The notes beneath the pieces are model-generated. The model saw only the letters and a list, made by a program, of their open reading frames with translations. It did not search any database and was not told the DNA's origin. Source: Minisyncoccota bacterium (GTDB lineage Bacteria > Patescibacteriota > Minisyncoccia > Phycocordibacterales > UBA6065). From it: a stretch of 64,000 nucleotides of DNA. Location of the stretch: positions 45,618 through 109,617 of the forward strand of contig JBAZUA010000001.1 of the NCBI GenBank assembly GCA_041661645.1, written 5' to 3'. Position numbers and translations under genes: made by a program. This document shows positions 8,890 through 18,996 of this stretch, in pieces (position 1 is the stretch's first letter; each line of letters starts with the position of its first letter).

Positions 8890-9609
8890 ATGTCATTCAC
8901 CGTAAAGCAGAACAAGTTCGAGGGCCCTCTCGACCTCCTCCTCGACCTCATCGAGAGGAGGAAGCTTTTCGTGAACGATGTCTCCCTGGCACAGGTTGCC
9001 GACGACTATATCGCCTATGTCCGAAATCTCGCGGACTTTCCCGTGGCAGACAGCGCCCATTTCGTCCTCGTCGCCTCGACGCTCCTCCTCATCAAATCCA
9101 AATCACTCCTGCCGACACTCAACCTGACCGTCGAGGAAGAGGCGAGCGTCAAGGACCTGGAGCATCGCCTGAAGATGTACGAGAAGATTCGCGAGGCGAG
9201 CGTAGGCGTGAAGGCCCTCTTTGGGGCGCGGCTCCTCTTCGCCCGAAGCGAGCGAGCCCTCGCTCCCACCTTCTCGCCCGATGCCGACATGACCGTCGGG
9301 AACCTCTTCGCCGCCATCGGCCGCGTCCTGGCCCATCTCCCGAAGAAGGAGTTCCTGCCAAAGGTGATCATCGACAAGGTCATGTCCCTCGAGGAGATGA
9401 TCGGCAACCTGACCGAGCGCATCGGCTCGGCCCTCAAGATGAGCTTCAGGGAGTTCTCGGGCACGGGTAAGGCCGAGCGCGTCCATGTCATCGTCTCCTT
9501 CCTCGCCATGCTCGAGCTGGTCAAGCAGGGCGTCATACAAGTGAGCCAGGAGAGGCATTTCGACGACATACAGATGCAGACCGAGAGCCTCGACGTGCCG
9601 CGATATTAA
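8890..9609 (+). CDS. scpA: segregation and condensation protein A
   Basis: FEGPLDLLLDLI...LLIKSKSLLP...FLAMLELVKQG. Confidence 0.95.
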   Translation: MSFTVKQNKFEGPLDLLLDLIERRKLFVNDVSLAQVADDYIAYVRNLADFPVADSAHFVLVASTLLLIKSKSLLPTLNLTVEEEASVKDLEHRLKMYEKIREASVGVKALFGARLLFARSERALAPTFSPDADMTVGNLFAAIGRVLAHLPKKEFLPKVIIDKVMSLEEMIGNLTERIGSALKMSFREFSGTGKAERVHVIVSFLAMLELVKQGVIQVSQERHFDDIQMQTESLDVPRY

Positions 9610-9675
9610 GAAGCCGATACCGGGAACACCCTGGATACTAGAACTTTATTCGCATTAGGCTATACTGGAAACACC

Positions 9676-10224
9676 ATGAATCCGCTCAGCCTGGAATCAC
9701 AGCTCGAAGCGCTCCTGTTCTGGAAAGGGGAGCCGATGTCGACCAAGAAGATCGAGGCGGCTTTGGGCTGCACGGCCGATGAGCTGGCCGCGTCCACGAC
9801 CGCCCTTGAGGCCAATCTGGGTGGCCGCGGCCTCCGCATCATGCGCCACGAGGGCGAGCTTGAGCTGCGCACCGCTCCCGAGGCGAGCGACCTCATCACG
9901 AAATTGACCAAGGAGGAGCTCATGCGAGACCTCGGCAAGGCCGGCCTCGAGACCCTCTCCATCATTTTATACAAGGGGCCCGTCAAGCGATCCGAGATCG
10001 ACTACATACGCGGGGTGAACTCGTCCTTCATCGTCCGAAACCTGCTCGTCCGCGGACTGGTCGAGCGCATGGCCGAGAAGGAGGGCGACAAGAGGGGATT
10101 CCTCTATGGCCCAACCCTCGACCTGCTCGCCCACATGGGCGTGGCAAAGAGGGAAGACCTCCCCGATTACGAGAAGACCCGCGCCGAGCTCGAGGCATTT
10201 TCAGCAACAAGCGATGAAGCCTAG
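9676..10224 (+). CDS. scpB: segregation and condensation protein B
   Basis: LEALLF...LETLSIILYKGPV.RSEIDYIRGVNS; adjacent to scpA. Confidence 0.95.
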   Translation: MNPLSLESQLEALLFWKGEPMSTKKIEAALGCTADELAASTTALEANLGGRGLRIMRHEGELELRTAPEASDLITKLTKEELMRDLGKAGLETLSIILYKGPVKRSEIDYIRGVNSSFIVRNLLVRGLVERMAEKEGDKRGFLYGPTLDLLAHMGVAKREDLPDYEKTRAELEAFSATSDEA

Positions 10225-11146
10225 GAGCATGGCCATATTGCAGCTGAGCGCCCTGGCCCTGTGCCTCGGGCTCATCCTCTGGTGGGCATATCCAAAGGCG
10301 GCCGTCACCGTGCCTCAAGTACAGCTCAGCGAAAGCGTCTCCACAACGACCTCTCCCATCTTCGATGCGGTGAACATCGAGGCAAAATCCGCCTACGTAT
10401 ACGACACGGTGACCAAGAAAGTCATCTTCGACAGGAACTCCGACCTGCAGCTGCCGCTCGCGTCCCTGACCAAGGTGATGACGGCACTCGCGGTGTCCAA
10501 CCTTCTCTCGGACAGGGATGTGGTCACGATAACCCAAAGCGACCTGAGCGAGGACGGCGACACGGGCCTCGTGCCCAACGAGGAGTGGAGCGTCAAGGAC
10601 CTGCTCGACTTCAGCCTGATCGTCTCGTCGAATGACGGCGCCCGCGCCCTGGCATCGGTGGCAGGCGCCTTCCTCGGCCCGACCTCCTCGACCTCTGCCG
10701 TCGAGGCCTTCGTGGGCAACATGAACTCGACCGCAAAAGGGCTCGGCCTCACCGAGACCTACTTCCTCAACCCCTCGGGACTCGACGCCTCGGAAACCCT
10801 CGCCGGGGGATATGGGTCGGCAAAGGACATGGCCCTCCTCGTCGACCACATACTGAGGAACAAACCACACCTCCTCGAGGCAACCTCCTTTGACAGGCTC
10901 AGGATCTCGTCCGGCCTTGCAGCCCACGAGGCCCTCAACACCAACAAGGCGATCGACATGATACCGAACGTCATAGCCTCGAAGACAGGGTATACGGACC
11001 TCGCCGGCGGCAACCTGGTGGTGGCCTTTGACGCCGGCGTCGCCCACCCTATAATCATAGCCGTCCTCGGCTCCTCCTTTGACGGCAGGTTCCAGGATAT
11101 GGCTCAACTGGTTAGTTCCACGCTCGACTATCTGGCGCAGAAATAG
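10214..11146 (+). CDS. D-alanyl-D-alanine carboxypeptidase (peptidase S11)
   Basis: N-terminal anchor; SLTK (SxxK), SSN (SxN) and KTG motifs. Confidence 0.9.
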   Translation: MKPRSMAILQLSALALCLGLILWWAYPKAAVTVPQVQLSESVSTTTSPIFDAVNIEAKSAYVYDTVTKKVIFDRNSDLQLPLASLTKVMTALAVSNLLSDRDVVTITQSDLSEDGDTGLVPNEEWSVKDLLDFSLIVSSNDGARALASVAGAFLGPTSSTSAVEAFVGNMNSTAKGLGLTETYFLNPSGLDASETLAGGYGSAKDMALLVDHILRNKPHLLEATSFDRLRISSGLAAHEALNTNKAIDMIPNVIASKTGYTDLAGGNLVVAFDAGVAHPIIIAVLGSSFDGRFQDMAQLVSSTLDYLAQK

Positions 11147-11161
11147 GGCCTCGCCGTCTAT

Positions 11162-11220
11162 TTGACTTTTCTCATATATAGTGATACAATAGTACAAGGA
11201 AATACACCCAAGCTCTTTGA
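11162..11220 (+). promoter_or_regulatory. sigma70 promoter plus boxA-like motif
   Basis: TTGACT-17-TACAAT, then GCTCTTTGA at 11212-11220. Confidence 0.7.
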
Positions 11221-11273
11221 GAACTCAACAGCACGTTGTTTCTTTTTCCGGCTTACCTACGAAAGGATTAGAC

Positions 11274-12575
11274 ATGAGCGAAAGCTCCGTCAGCGAAACC
11301 ACTGCCGGCCAAGGCGTCAAAGCCAAGGCTGTTGTCATCATCAACACAATCATCACTCACGCCCGTCCTCACTGGGACGAGACCGTGGGCATAACCCTCA
11401 TCCAGGACTACGGCAAGGACACGTTCGATACCAGCGGGGCCAGCATCATCACCGTCAAGGGTGACCCCAAGGAAATCGAAGCGTATGCCAAGCGCCCCGA
11501 TCTCATCATGATCGGCGTCGGTGGCGACCTGGTCAAGATGAAGGGTCGGCAATGCTTCATCTTCGATGAGCACGGGCTCACCGACAAGAAGTGCGCGGCG
11601 GACCTCGTGGCGGAATATCTCGGCGTTGACGAGCGGCTCATGCCTCTCCTCATCGAGGTTCGCGAGAGCGACCTCGAGCGCAAGAATAACCCCCTGTCGA
11701 TGGCGACTGTCCTGAAAGTGAGCCACGACCAACGCCCCCACGAGGAGGCCAAGGTGATCGAGCTCGGACTGCGGGCCGCGAAAGCGATCTGCGTCAGCCT
11801 TCTAGGCACGGGCTTAGTGGCAAAGGATCCCGACACCTTCCTGGTGAAGGCCTCCGAGGCCTACGTGAAGATTGGCGGGGCGAACGGCGTCAAGCCGATC
11901 GTCTTCAAAAATCTGATCGAACAGCTCCAGGTGGCGGCGGCCGCGAAGACCTTTTCCGAAATCAGCACGGTGTTCTACATCATGCAGGCGGAAAACAGGG
12001 AAGAAGCTGGATATTGGCTGAGCAAGGTCCTCACGGACCTCGTTCGTCGCCACGTCGACTTCGACCGTGCGCTCGAGGACTTCAACTCAAATCACGACGA
12101 AATCAGCGTCCCGTTCGGAAACAACGGCGCGACCATCCGAGTCGCCTTCATGAAAATGGAGAAGGAGTATGGCCTGATGGATCAGGTCTTCCGGTGCAAG
12201 CAGGCCGGCGGATGCGACATGTTGATCCTGAAGAACACGAGGGGTCAAGTCTGCATCTTCACCAATGACAAGGGTCAGAAGGGGAGATTCGACCTCGATC
12301 CTCTCGCGAGAATGATCCGCTGGGCGGAAATCGCGAAGTCGAAGCGCCACCCTGAGGGTTGGTGGTCGCTCAGTTGCGACCGTGATCATCCGGGCGTATG
12401 CCAGTGGCATTACTTCAAGAAGGGCTCGATGCTGCTGAATGGGAGCAAGAGCAAGCCCGATGTGCCTGCTACGCGGTTGGGTTACGAGGATTTCGTCTAC
12501 ATCCTCGGGTGCGCGTTCTCGGCGAACGGCATCAGACAGTTCATCAAGGACAGTCAGGTGGACACGAAAAAGTAA
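11274..12575 (+). CDS. hypothetical protein with MYG1/DHH-like metallohydrolase motifs
   Basis: THARPHWDE, IGVGG, FDEHG, CAADLV. SD GAAAGGA upstream; terminator 12599-12637. Confidence 0.55.
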   Translation: MSESSVSETTAGQGVKAKAVVIINTIITHARPHWDETVGITLIQDYGKDTFDTSGASIITVKGDPKEIEAYAKRPDLIMIGVGGDLVKMKGRQCFIFDEHGLTDKKCAADLVAEYLGVDERLMPLLIEVRESDLERKNNPLSMATVLKVSHDQRPHEEAKVIELGLRAAKAICVSLLGTGLVAKDPDTFLVKASEAYVKIGGANGVKPIVFKNLIEQLQVAAAAKTFSEISTVFYIMQAENREEAGYWLSKVLTDLVRRHVDFDRALEDFNSNHDEISVPFGNNGATIRVAFMKMEKEYGLMDQVFRCKQAGGCDMLILKNTRGQVCIFTNDKGQKGRFDLDPLARMIRWAEIAKSKRHPEGWWSLSCDRDHPGVCQWHYFKKGSMLLNGSKSKPDVPATRLGYEDFVYILGCAFSANGIRQFIKDSQVDTKK

Positions 12576-12662
12576 ACGAGTAGCCGAAAGGCCGACTCAA
12601 GACGGGAGATGCAGTAACATGCTCTCCCGTCTTTTTTATTTCCATATCGCCCCGCGACTGAT

Positions 12663-13778
12663 ATGATGAGTGTCATGAAAACGGCCCGCATGGACAGACA
12701 GCTCCTCATATCGACGCTTCTCCTCGCGGGCGCCGGGTTCCTCATATTCATGTCGGCGTCGCTCGGGCTCCTTTCTCGTGACTCAGTCACTTTCGGTTCA
12801 ATTGCCTTCAGGCAGATATTCTTTGGCCTGGTGCCTGGACTCATCGCCCTGTATTTCGCCTCGAGGACGCACTATCTATACTGGCGCAAGATATCTTTCT
12901 GGATATTCCTGCTTTCCATAGTCCTCAACATACTCATACTCATACCCTGGCTCCATATAGGCTTCTCCCACGGCGGAGCGACGCGCTGGATGCACATAGG
13001 ATCGTTCACCCTCCAGACGTCAGAACTGCTCAAGGTCGCCGCCGTGCTCTATTTCGCGGCCTGGCTGTCATCGGTCAAGGAACGGGTGGCGACCTTCAAG
13101 GAGGGATTCCTGCCCCTCATGGCCATCATCGTCATCGTCTCCGTGCTCCTGCTCCTGCAGCCCGACCACGACACCCTGGTCGCCATCATCGTGTCGCTCA
13201 TGGCTATGTACATGGTGGCGGGAGGGCAGTGGCGATGGGTGGGCGCGCTCGCCGTGGCGGGAGTGCTCGGCCTCGGCCTCGTCTACATGACCTCGCCCTA
13301 TATCGCCTCGCGCATCAACACCTTTGTGCACCCGTCCCAGCAAGCCGAGGGGGCGGGCTATCAGATACAGCAATCGCTCATCGCCGTCGGATCGGGGGGC
13401 GTGACGGGACGAGGTTTCGGCCAGAGCATACAGAAATTCAACTATCTGCCCGAGCCGGTGGGGGATTCCATATTTCCCGTGGCCGCTGAGGAATTCGGGC
13501 TCATGGGCTGCATGGTCCTGATCGGCCTCTTCCTCTTCTTCACCCTGCGCTCGTTCGTGGTGGCGAGCAGGGCGAACAGCCCCTTCGGCGGATATGTCAT
13601 CGTGGGAATCACAACCTTCATGATCTGCCAAGCCTTCATCAACATAGGCTCGATGATCGGCATACTGCCGCTCGCAGGCATCCCACTGCCATTCGTGAGC
13701 CAGGGAGGCACGGCACTTCTCTTCGCCCTGGGACAGGCGGGCATCATGCTCAACATATCGAGATATATGCTAAAATAG
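12663..13778 (+). CDS. ftsW: SEDS peptidoglycan glycosyltransferase FtsW
   Basis: About 10 TMs; GATRW, QTSELLK, LPEPVGDSIF...AEEFG, GIPLPFVSQGG. Confidence 0.93.
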   Translation: MMSVMKTARMDRQLLISTLLLAGAGFLIFMSASLGLLSRDSVTFGSIAFRQIFFGLVPGLIALYFASRTHYLYWRKISFWIFLLSIVLNILILIPWLHIGFSHGGATRWMHIGSFTLQTSELLKVAAVLYFAAWLSSVKERVATFKEGFLPLMAIIVIVSVLLLLQPDHDTLVAIIVSLMAMYMVAGGQWRWVGALAVAGVLGLGLVYMTSPYIASRINTFVHPSQQAEGAGYQIQQSLIAVGSGGVTGRGFGQSIQKFNYLPEPVGDSIFPVAAEEFGLMGCMVLIGLFLFFTLRSFVVASRANSPFGGYVIVGITTFMICQAFINIGSMIGILPLAGIPLPFVSQGGTALLFALGQAGIMLNISRYMLK

Positions 13779-13801
13779 GCGGAATAACGAATACCTGACG
13801 C

Positions 13802-14928
13802 ATGAAAATACTACTCACAGGAGGGGGAACCGGCGGCCATTTCTACCCCTCATAGCCGTCGCAGAGGCCATACGAAAGATCGCAAAGGAGGAGAAGCTTC
13901 TCGACGCCTCGATATACTACATGGCGCCATCGAAATACGACGAGCGGGCCCTCTTCGAGAACGGCATCTTTTATCAGAAAAGCTATGCGGGGAAGATGCG
14001 CCGATACTTCTCCATACTCAACTTCACCGACCTGTTCAAAATCGCCTACGGCATCGCAAACGCCATCATCGATGTCTGGAACATCTATCCCGATGTTATC
14101 TTCAGCAAGGGCGGATATGTCGGCTTTCCGGTGCTTTGGGCGGCCAGGCTTCTGCGCATTCCCATCATCATACACGAGTCCGACTCGCATCCGGGCCGCG
14201 TGAGCCTCTGGTCAGCGAAATTCGCCCAGAAGGTAGCCCTCTCGTATCGAGAGGCGGCAAAGTACTTCCCGGCGGACAAGGTCGCCTTCACGGGCAATCC
14301 GGTACGAAGGGAGATACAAGAGACGCTCAAGGAGGGCGCTCGCGAGTTCCTCCGGCTCGAGGACAGCGTGCCGATAGTGCTCATACTCGGCGGCTCGCAG
14401 GGCTCGCGCAAGATGAACGATGCCGTGATCGACATACTGCCCGGCCTCGTCAAGAAATATTACGTCATACATCAGACCGGCAAGGACAACATCGAGGACA
14501 TGACGAACACCGCCAAGGTCATCCTGAACGAAAGCGTCTTTGCTGGCAGGTACAAGCCCTATGCCTATCTGAACAATCTCGGACTGCGCATGGCCGCAGG
14601 ACAGGCGAGCCTCATCATCTCACGCGCCGGCTCGACCATATTCGAGATCGCCCTCTGGCAGGTACCGTCGATCATCATCCCGATACCGGAAGAGATCAGC
14701 CACGACCAGAAGCCAAACGCCTTCGCCTACGCGTCGGCGGGGGCATGCTCTGTCATCGAGGAAATGAACCTCTCGCCGCACGTACTGTCGGCTGAAATCG
14801 ACCGCATCATCGAGAGCAAGGACATATCGGATGCCATGAGAAAGGGCGCCGCCACCTTCAGCCACAAGGATGCCGCCGAGATCATTGCCCGCGAGCTCAT
14901 CAGGGTGGCGCTGTCCCATACGAAATAA
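13802..14928 (+). pseudogene. murG: MurG with a single-base frameshift near codon 16 (possible sequencing error)
   Basis: ATG 13802 reads MKILLTGGGTGGHFYPS*(TAG 13853). Adding one C to CCCC at 13846-13849 restores FYPLIAVAEAI... in frame with the 13921 ORF (SKGGYV, HESD, GNPVR, GGSQGS, SRAG). Confidence 0.9.
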
Positions 14929-14944
14929 GGTATACTTAAAAGCC

Positions 14945-16489
14945 ATGATATCCCTCATCAAAGCCCTCTTTTCAAAGAACCCGGAGTCGTCAAATGCCGG
15001 CACACCAGGCTCTGGCGTGGTTACCCGCTTTGCCCCGTCGCCGACGGGCTTTATGCATATCGGTGGCGCCCGCACGGCCCTTTATGCCTATCTCTGGGCC
15101 CGAAAGAACAACGGAACCTTCATACTGCGCATCGAGGATACTGACACCGAGAGGGAAGTCGAGGGCTCGATCGCCCACATTCAGGAGACCCTAAAATGGC
15201 TCGGCATCAACTGGGATTTTGGTCCCGACAGGAAGGACAATCCATTCGGCTCGTGCATTCAGTCCGAGCGACTCGACAGCTATCGCCAGTACGCCCAAAA
15301 GCTCGTCGACAAGGGCCTCGCGTATCCAGACCCCTATACGGCCGAGGAGCTTGCGGCATTCCGCGCACAGGCGGACCTCGAGAAGCGACCGTTCCTCTAC
15401 AGGCATCACAGACCCATCAACTTCGGCGTATGGAATGGCACCCAGGCACTGCGATTCAAGGTTGCGAAACCACGACGGTACAAGTGGCACGATGCGGTGC
15501 GCGGCGACCTCGAGGCAGGTGAGGAGGCGCTCGACGATTTCATCTTGATGAAGAAGGACGGCTATCCGACCTACAACTTCGCACACATCATCGACGACCT
15601 GCTCATGGGCGTGACGCATATCATGCGCGCCGATGAGTTCATCTCGTCCACCCCGAAGTTCCTCTCGCTCTACGAGGGCCTCGGCATACAGCCGCCGACA
15701 TTCGTCACCCTGCCGCCGATACTGCGCAGCGACAAGACCAAGAAGCTCGGCAAGCGAGACGGCGCAAAAGACATACTCGAATACCGCAAGGAGGGCTTCC
15801 TTCCCGACGCCATGGTCAACTTTTTGGCACTCGTCGGCTGGAACCCGGGTACCGAGAGGGAAGTGTTCAACCCGAAAGACCTCATCGCCGAATTCGACAT
15901 CGCAAAGATACACAAGGCCGGCGGCGTATTCAACGAAGAAAAGCTTCGCTGGATGAACAAGGAGCATCTCAAGCTCATGCCGATCGAAGGTGTCCGGGCC
16001 GACATTAAGGCCCGCATCGAATCGAACGAGCGCGCCAGTGACCTCAAATGGAACCTCACGCCCGAGATCGTGAAGACCATAACTCCCGTCATACTCGACC
16101 GCATCGAGGTGTATGCCGACATCGACACCATGATTGCAGAGCGCGACCTCGACTATTACTTCTCCGAGCCGTCATATGATGCGCTATCCCTCAAATGGAA
16201 AGACGAGCCGGATTTGACCAATACCATCAAGCACCTGAAGCATATCCGTGGCATCATGGCGGACATCCCCGACTCGAGATGGAATGAGGCGGACATCAAA
16301 GAGGCTGCCTGGCCCTACGCCGACGCAAACGGCAGGGGAGCGGTGCTCTGGCCGCTGCGATACGCCCTCTCGGGCAAGGATAAGTCGCCAAATCCGTTCA
16401 CGCTCTCAGCAATACTGGGCAAGGAAACCGTGCTCAGACGAATCGATGTGGCGCTTAAGAAATGCGCCGATCATGCACCTCTCGCATAA
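14945..16489 (+). CDS. gltX: glutamate--tRNA ligase
   Basis: RFAPSPTGFMHIGG, LRIEDTD, KKLGKR. Confidence 0.96.
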   Translation: MISLIKALFSKNPESSNAGTPGSGVVTRFAPSPTGFMHIGGARTALYAYLWARKNNGTFILRIEDTDTEREVEGSIAHIQETLKWLGINWDFGPDRKDNPFGSCIQSERLDSYRQYAQKLVDKGLAYPDPYTAEELAAFRAQADLEKRPFLYRHHRPINFGVWNGTQALRFKVAKPRRYKWHDAVRGDLEAGEEALDDFILMKKDGYPTYNFAHIIDDLLMGVTHIMRADEFISSTPKFLSLYEGLGIQPPTFVTLPPILRSDKTKKLGKRDGAKDILEYRKEGFLPDAMVNFLALVGWNPGTEREVFNPKDLIAEFDIAKIHKAGGVFNEEKLRWMNKEHLKLMPIEGVRADIKARIESNERASDLKWNLTPEIVKTITPVILDRIEVYADIDTMIAERDLDYYFSEPSYDALSLKWKDEPDLTNTIKHLKHIRGIMADIPDSRWNEADIKEAAWPYADANGRGAVLWPLRYALSGKDKSPNPFTLSAILGKETVLRRIDVALKKCADHAPLA

Positions 16490-17771
16490 AAAAAACACGC
16501 TCTGCGTCGTCATGCTGGCGGGGATAGTTCTCGTCACAGGATTCTCCTATGGGATCGCGCACGCAACCTCTGAGAGCGACCTGACCCAGCAGATCTCGGA
16601 CACCAACAGAAAGATAGCCGACCTTGAGGCCCAGATAAGCGGACTCTCCGCAAACCTCAACTCGACCTCAAAACAGGCCCAGACGCTCAAAAGCGCCTTG
16701 GCCACCCTCGAGCTCACCCGAAAGAAGCTAGAGACCGACCTGTCCCTAACCACAACCAAGATACGGAAAACCTCGCTCACCCTGACCGAGCTGGCGACGA
16801 GTATCTCCGCGACCGAAAAGAAGATAGGGAAGTCGTCCGACGCCGTCGCCCAGGGCATACGCAACATATCGATGGCCGAGGACCAATCTACCGTGCAGGA
16901 ACTCCTGAACCAGCACACCCTATCGGACGCCTGGGACTACGTGAATGCCCTGCGCGCCATACACAGCCGGGTGAGCGCAAGCCTGGCAGACCTCAAGGAA
17001 CTCAAGTCGAGTCTCGACAGCAAGGAATCCTCGGCCAGGCAACAGAAGGCTAGCCTGGTCACTCTCCAGAAAAACCTCTCGGGGCAAAAGCAGGCCGTCG
17101 AGTACAGCAAGACCCAGAAAAGCGACCTTCTCACCTCGACCCAGAACAGCGCCGCCGCATATCAGACGCAACTCGCCGCGGCAGTGACCCAAAAGGCGCT
17201 CTATGAAAAGGAGCTGGCGGAATACGAATCGAAGCTCCATATCCTCATAGACCCGACGGCCATACCAGCACCTCGACACGGCCTCCTGGCATGGCCCCTC
17301 AAGGACGTCTTCATCACCCAGTATTTTGGCTACACGGCTGCCGCCGCGATACTCTACAAGACGACAGGGAAGCACGGCGGCGATGATTTCAGGGCGGCGA
17401 TTGGCACACCGGTCTACGCGGCCCTTTCCGGCGTGGTGACGGATACCGAGGCGGTCAAGTACAAGGCCGGATGCCAGTACGGGAAATTCGTCCTGATCAA
17501 GCACCCGAACGGCCTCTCGACCATATACGGGCACTTCTCGTCAGTCTCCGTGAGCCCCGGCGACACCGTGCAGACCGGCGAACTGCTCGGGTACAGCGGC
17601 ATGACGGGATACTCCACGGGCCCGCATCTGCATTTCGGCGTCTATGCGACCGAGGGTATACGAATCGTGGACTCATCAGCACTCGGATCGGTCAACTGCA
17701 AAGGCATAAAGACCGTGGCCGCCGATCCAAAGGCCTATCTTGACCCACAGGGATACCTGCCAAACCTCTAA
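16473..17771 (+). CDS. coiled-coil + M23 peptidoglycan endopeptidase (EnvC/MepM-like)
   Basis: Signal/anchor, long heptad region, HGGDD (HxxxD) and GPHLHF (HxH). Confidence 0.9.
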   Translation: MHLSHKKNTLCVVMLAGIVLVTGFSYGIAHATSESDLTQQISDTNRKIADLEAQISGLSANLNSTSKQAQTLKSALATLELTRKKLETDLSLTTTKIRKTSLTLTELATSISATEKKIGKSSDAVAQGIRNISMAEDQSTVQELLNQHTLSDAWDYVNALRAIHSRVSASLADLKELKSSLDSKESSARQQKASLVTLQKNLSGQKQAVEYSKTQKSDLLTSTQNSAAAYQTQLAAAVTQKALYEKELAEYESKLHILIDPTAIPAPRHGLLAWPLKDVFITQYFGYTAAAAILYKTTGKHGGDDFRAAIGTPVYAALSGVVTDTEAVKYKAGCQYGKFVLIKHPNGLSTIYGHFSSVSVSPGDTVQTGELLGYSGMTGYSTGPHLHFGVYATEGIRIVDSSALGSVNCKGIKTVAADPKAYLDPQGYLPNL

Positions 17772-17812
17772 TCTAATATGTGCTACTATAAATACATATA
17801 AACTAGAGACAT

Positions 17813-18130
17813 ATGATCAAATACATCATCCTCGGCGTCATTGCGGTACTCGTCCTCAGCTATTTCGGATATGACCTTCGAACCATCGTGGAGGCACCGA
17901 CGACCCAGAACAACATCCACTACGTCTCGGGCGGCGTAGGATTCATATGGGATGAATATCTCTCCCAGCCGGTATTGTACTTCTGGAACAACATCTTCGT
18001 GGGCATACTCTGGAGTGCCTTCATCCATAACCTAGGCAAGGTGAACGAGGGTGCTCCAACCGAGCTCGAGGCCGCAGGACAAAGGCTCCTGCATGTCGGC
18101 GATCAGCCGTACACGCCGATAGCGGAATAG
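17813..18130 (+). CDS. small membrane hypothetical protein
   Basis: MIKYIILGVIAVLVLSYFGYDLR...; hydrophobic segments. Confidence 0.75.
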   Translation: MIKYIILGVIAVLVLSYFGYDLRTIVEAPTTQNNIHYVSGGVGFIWDEYLSQPVLYFWNNIFVGILWSAFIHNLGKVNEGAPTELEAAGQRLLHVGDQPYTPIAE

Positions 18131-18158
18131 CAGATAGAAAAATTGTAGATAAGAAATA

Positions 18159-18198
18159 AAAATAAAATCTCCAGAAATTAATCTGGAGATTTTATTTT
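18159..18198. repeat. 17-bp perfect inverted repeat (terminator-like)
   Basis: AAAATAAAATCTCCAGA-aattaa-TCTGGAGATTTTATTTT. Confidence 0.85.
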
Positions 18199-18279
18199 GA
18201 GAACCTACCAGGGGAGTCAATTCGAGGAAAAAGCCCAAGAGGGGTCAAACAAGGCCCAGGGCCGCATAGCCCTTATCTA

Positions 18280-18307
18280 ATCACCGAAAATGTATATTGT
18301 GCGACAC
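18280..18307 (-). other. candidate dif-like Xer recombination site
   Basis: Minus strand GTGTCGCACAA-TATACA-TTTTCGGTGAT, an 11-6-11 layout with a dif-type central hexamer. Confidence 0.45.
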
Positions 18308-18387
18308 TACTATAAAGTCCCTCCCCACGGCTCCCTGTAAAGAAAAGCCGCCCGATTGCTTCGGGCGGCCCGGTGTCCGCACATCAA

Positions 18388-18900
18388 TTACATCAAAAGC
18401 TCGTCGGCCAGAATATTCCGGACCTCCACGAGGTTTATCTTGAGCTCGTCGAGGGTTCGGGCAATCTTCTTATACCTCATGGTCGTAAAATACTCGACCT
18501 GAAGGTTCACCAGCGACCCTTCGTTGTCCGCGGACAGGCGGAAGTCTCCCCTATACCCTGCCACCACCTTGCCGAGGGCCGCGGCGCAGCCGATCTCGCT
18601 CGCGGTGCCGCTGTCGACATCGATGCCATCGAGAATCGCGATGACGACATGGGACTGCCTTATGGCCTCGTGATTGTTGCGGGCGATGAGCGGATTGAGC
18701 CTCTGCCAGGACTTTCTCTTCTGGACGCCATAGGGCATCCTGACGACTGGATCGATAAGGGAAGGCGAAGTCAGTTCCCACGGGTCGAGGATCTCGAATC
18801 CGGCGGAAGCGACGAGTGGCTTGAACAAAGAGGCGTAGGCGTGTCTGCCTAGCTCTGAAAAGCCCAGAGGGCTTGCGATATACGCTTTTGGTTGTCTCAT
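18388..18900 (-). CDS. nucleoside 2-deoxyribosyltransferase family
   Basis: YIASPLGFSE...DVDSGTASEIGCAAALGK...NLQV; terminator 18343-18370. Confidence 0.88.
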   Translation of the reverse strand: MRQPKAYIASPLGFSELGRHAYASLFKPLVASAGFEILDPWELTSPSLIDPVVRMPYGVQKRKSWQRLNPLIARNNHEAIRQSHVVIAILDGIDVDSGTASEIGCAAALGKVVAGYRGDFRLSADNEGSLVNLQVEYFTTMRYKKIARTLDELKINLVEVRNILADELLM

Positions 18901-18996
18901 ATGATAAAGGTCTTCTGTCCCCGATACTACCCTCCTCCGCCCAATTTGCAAGAAAAAGCCGCACCTTGTGGGTGCGGCCCTGAATTGTAACGAGCC

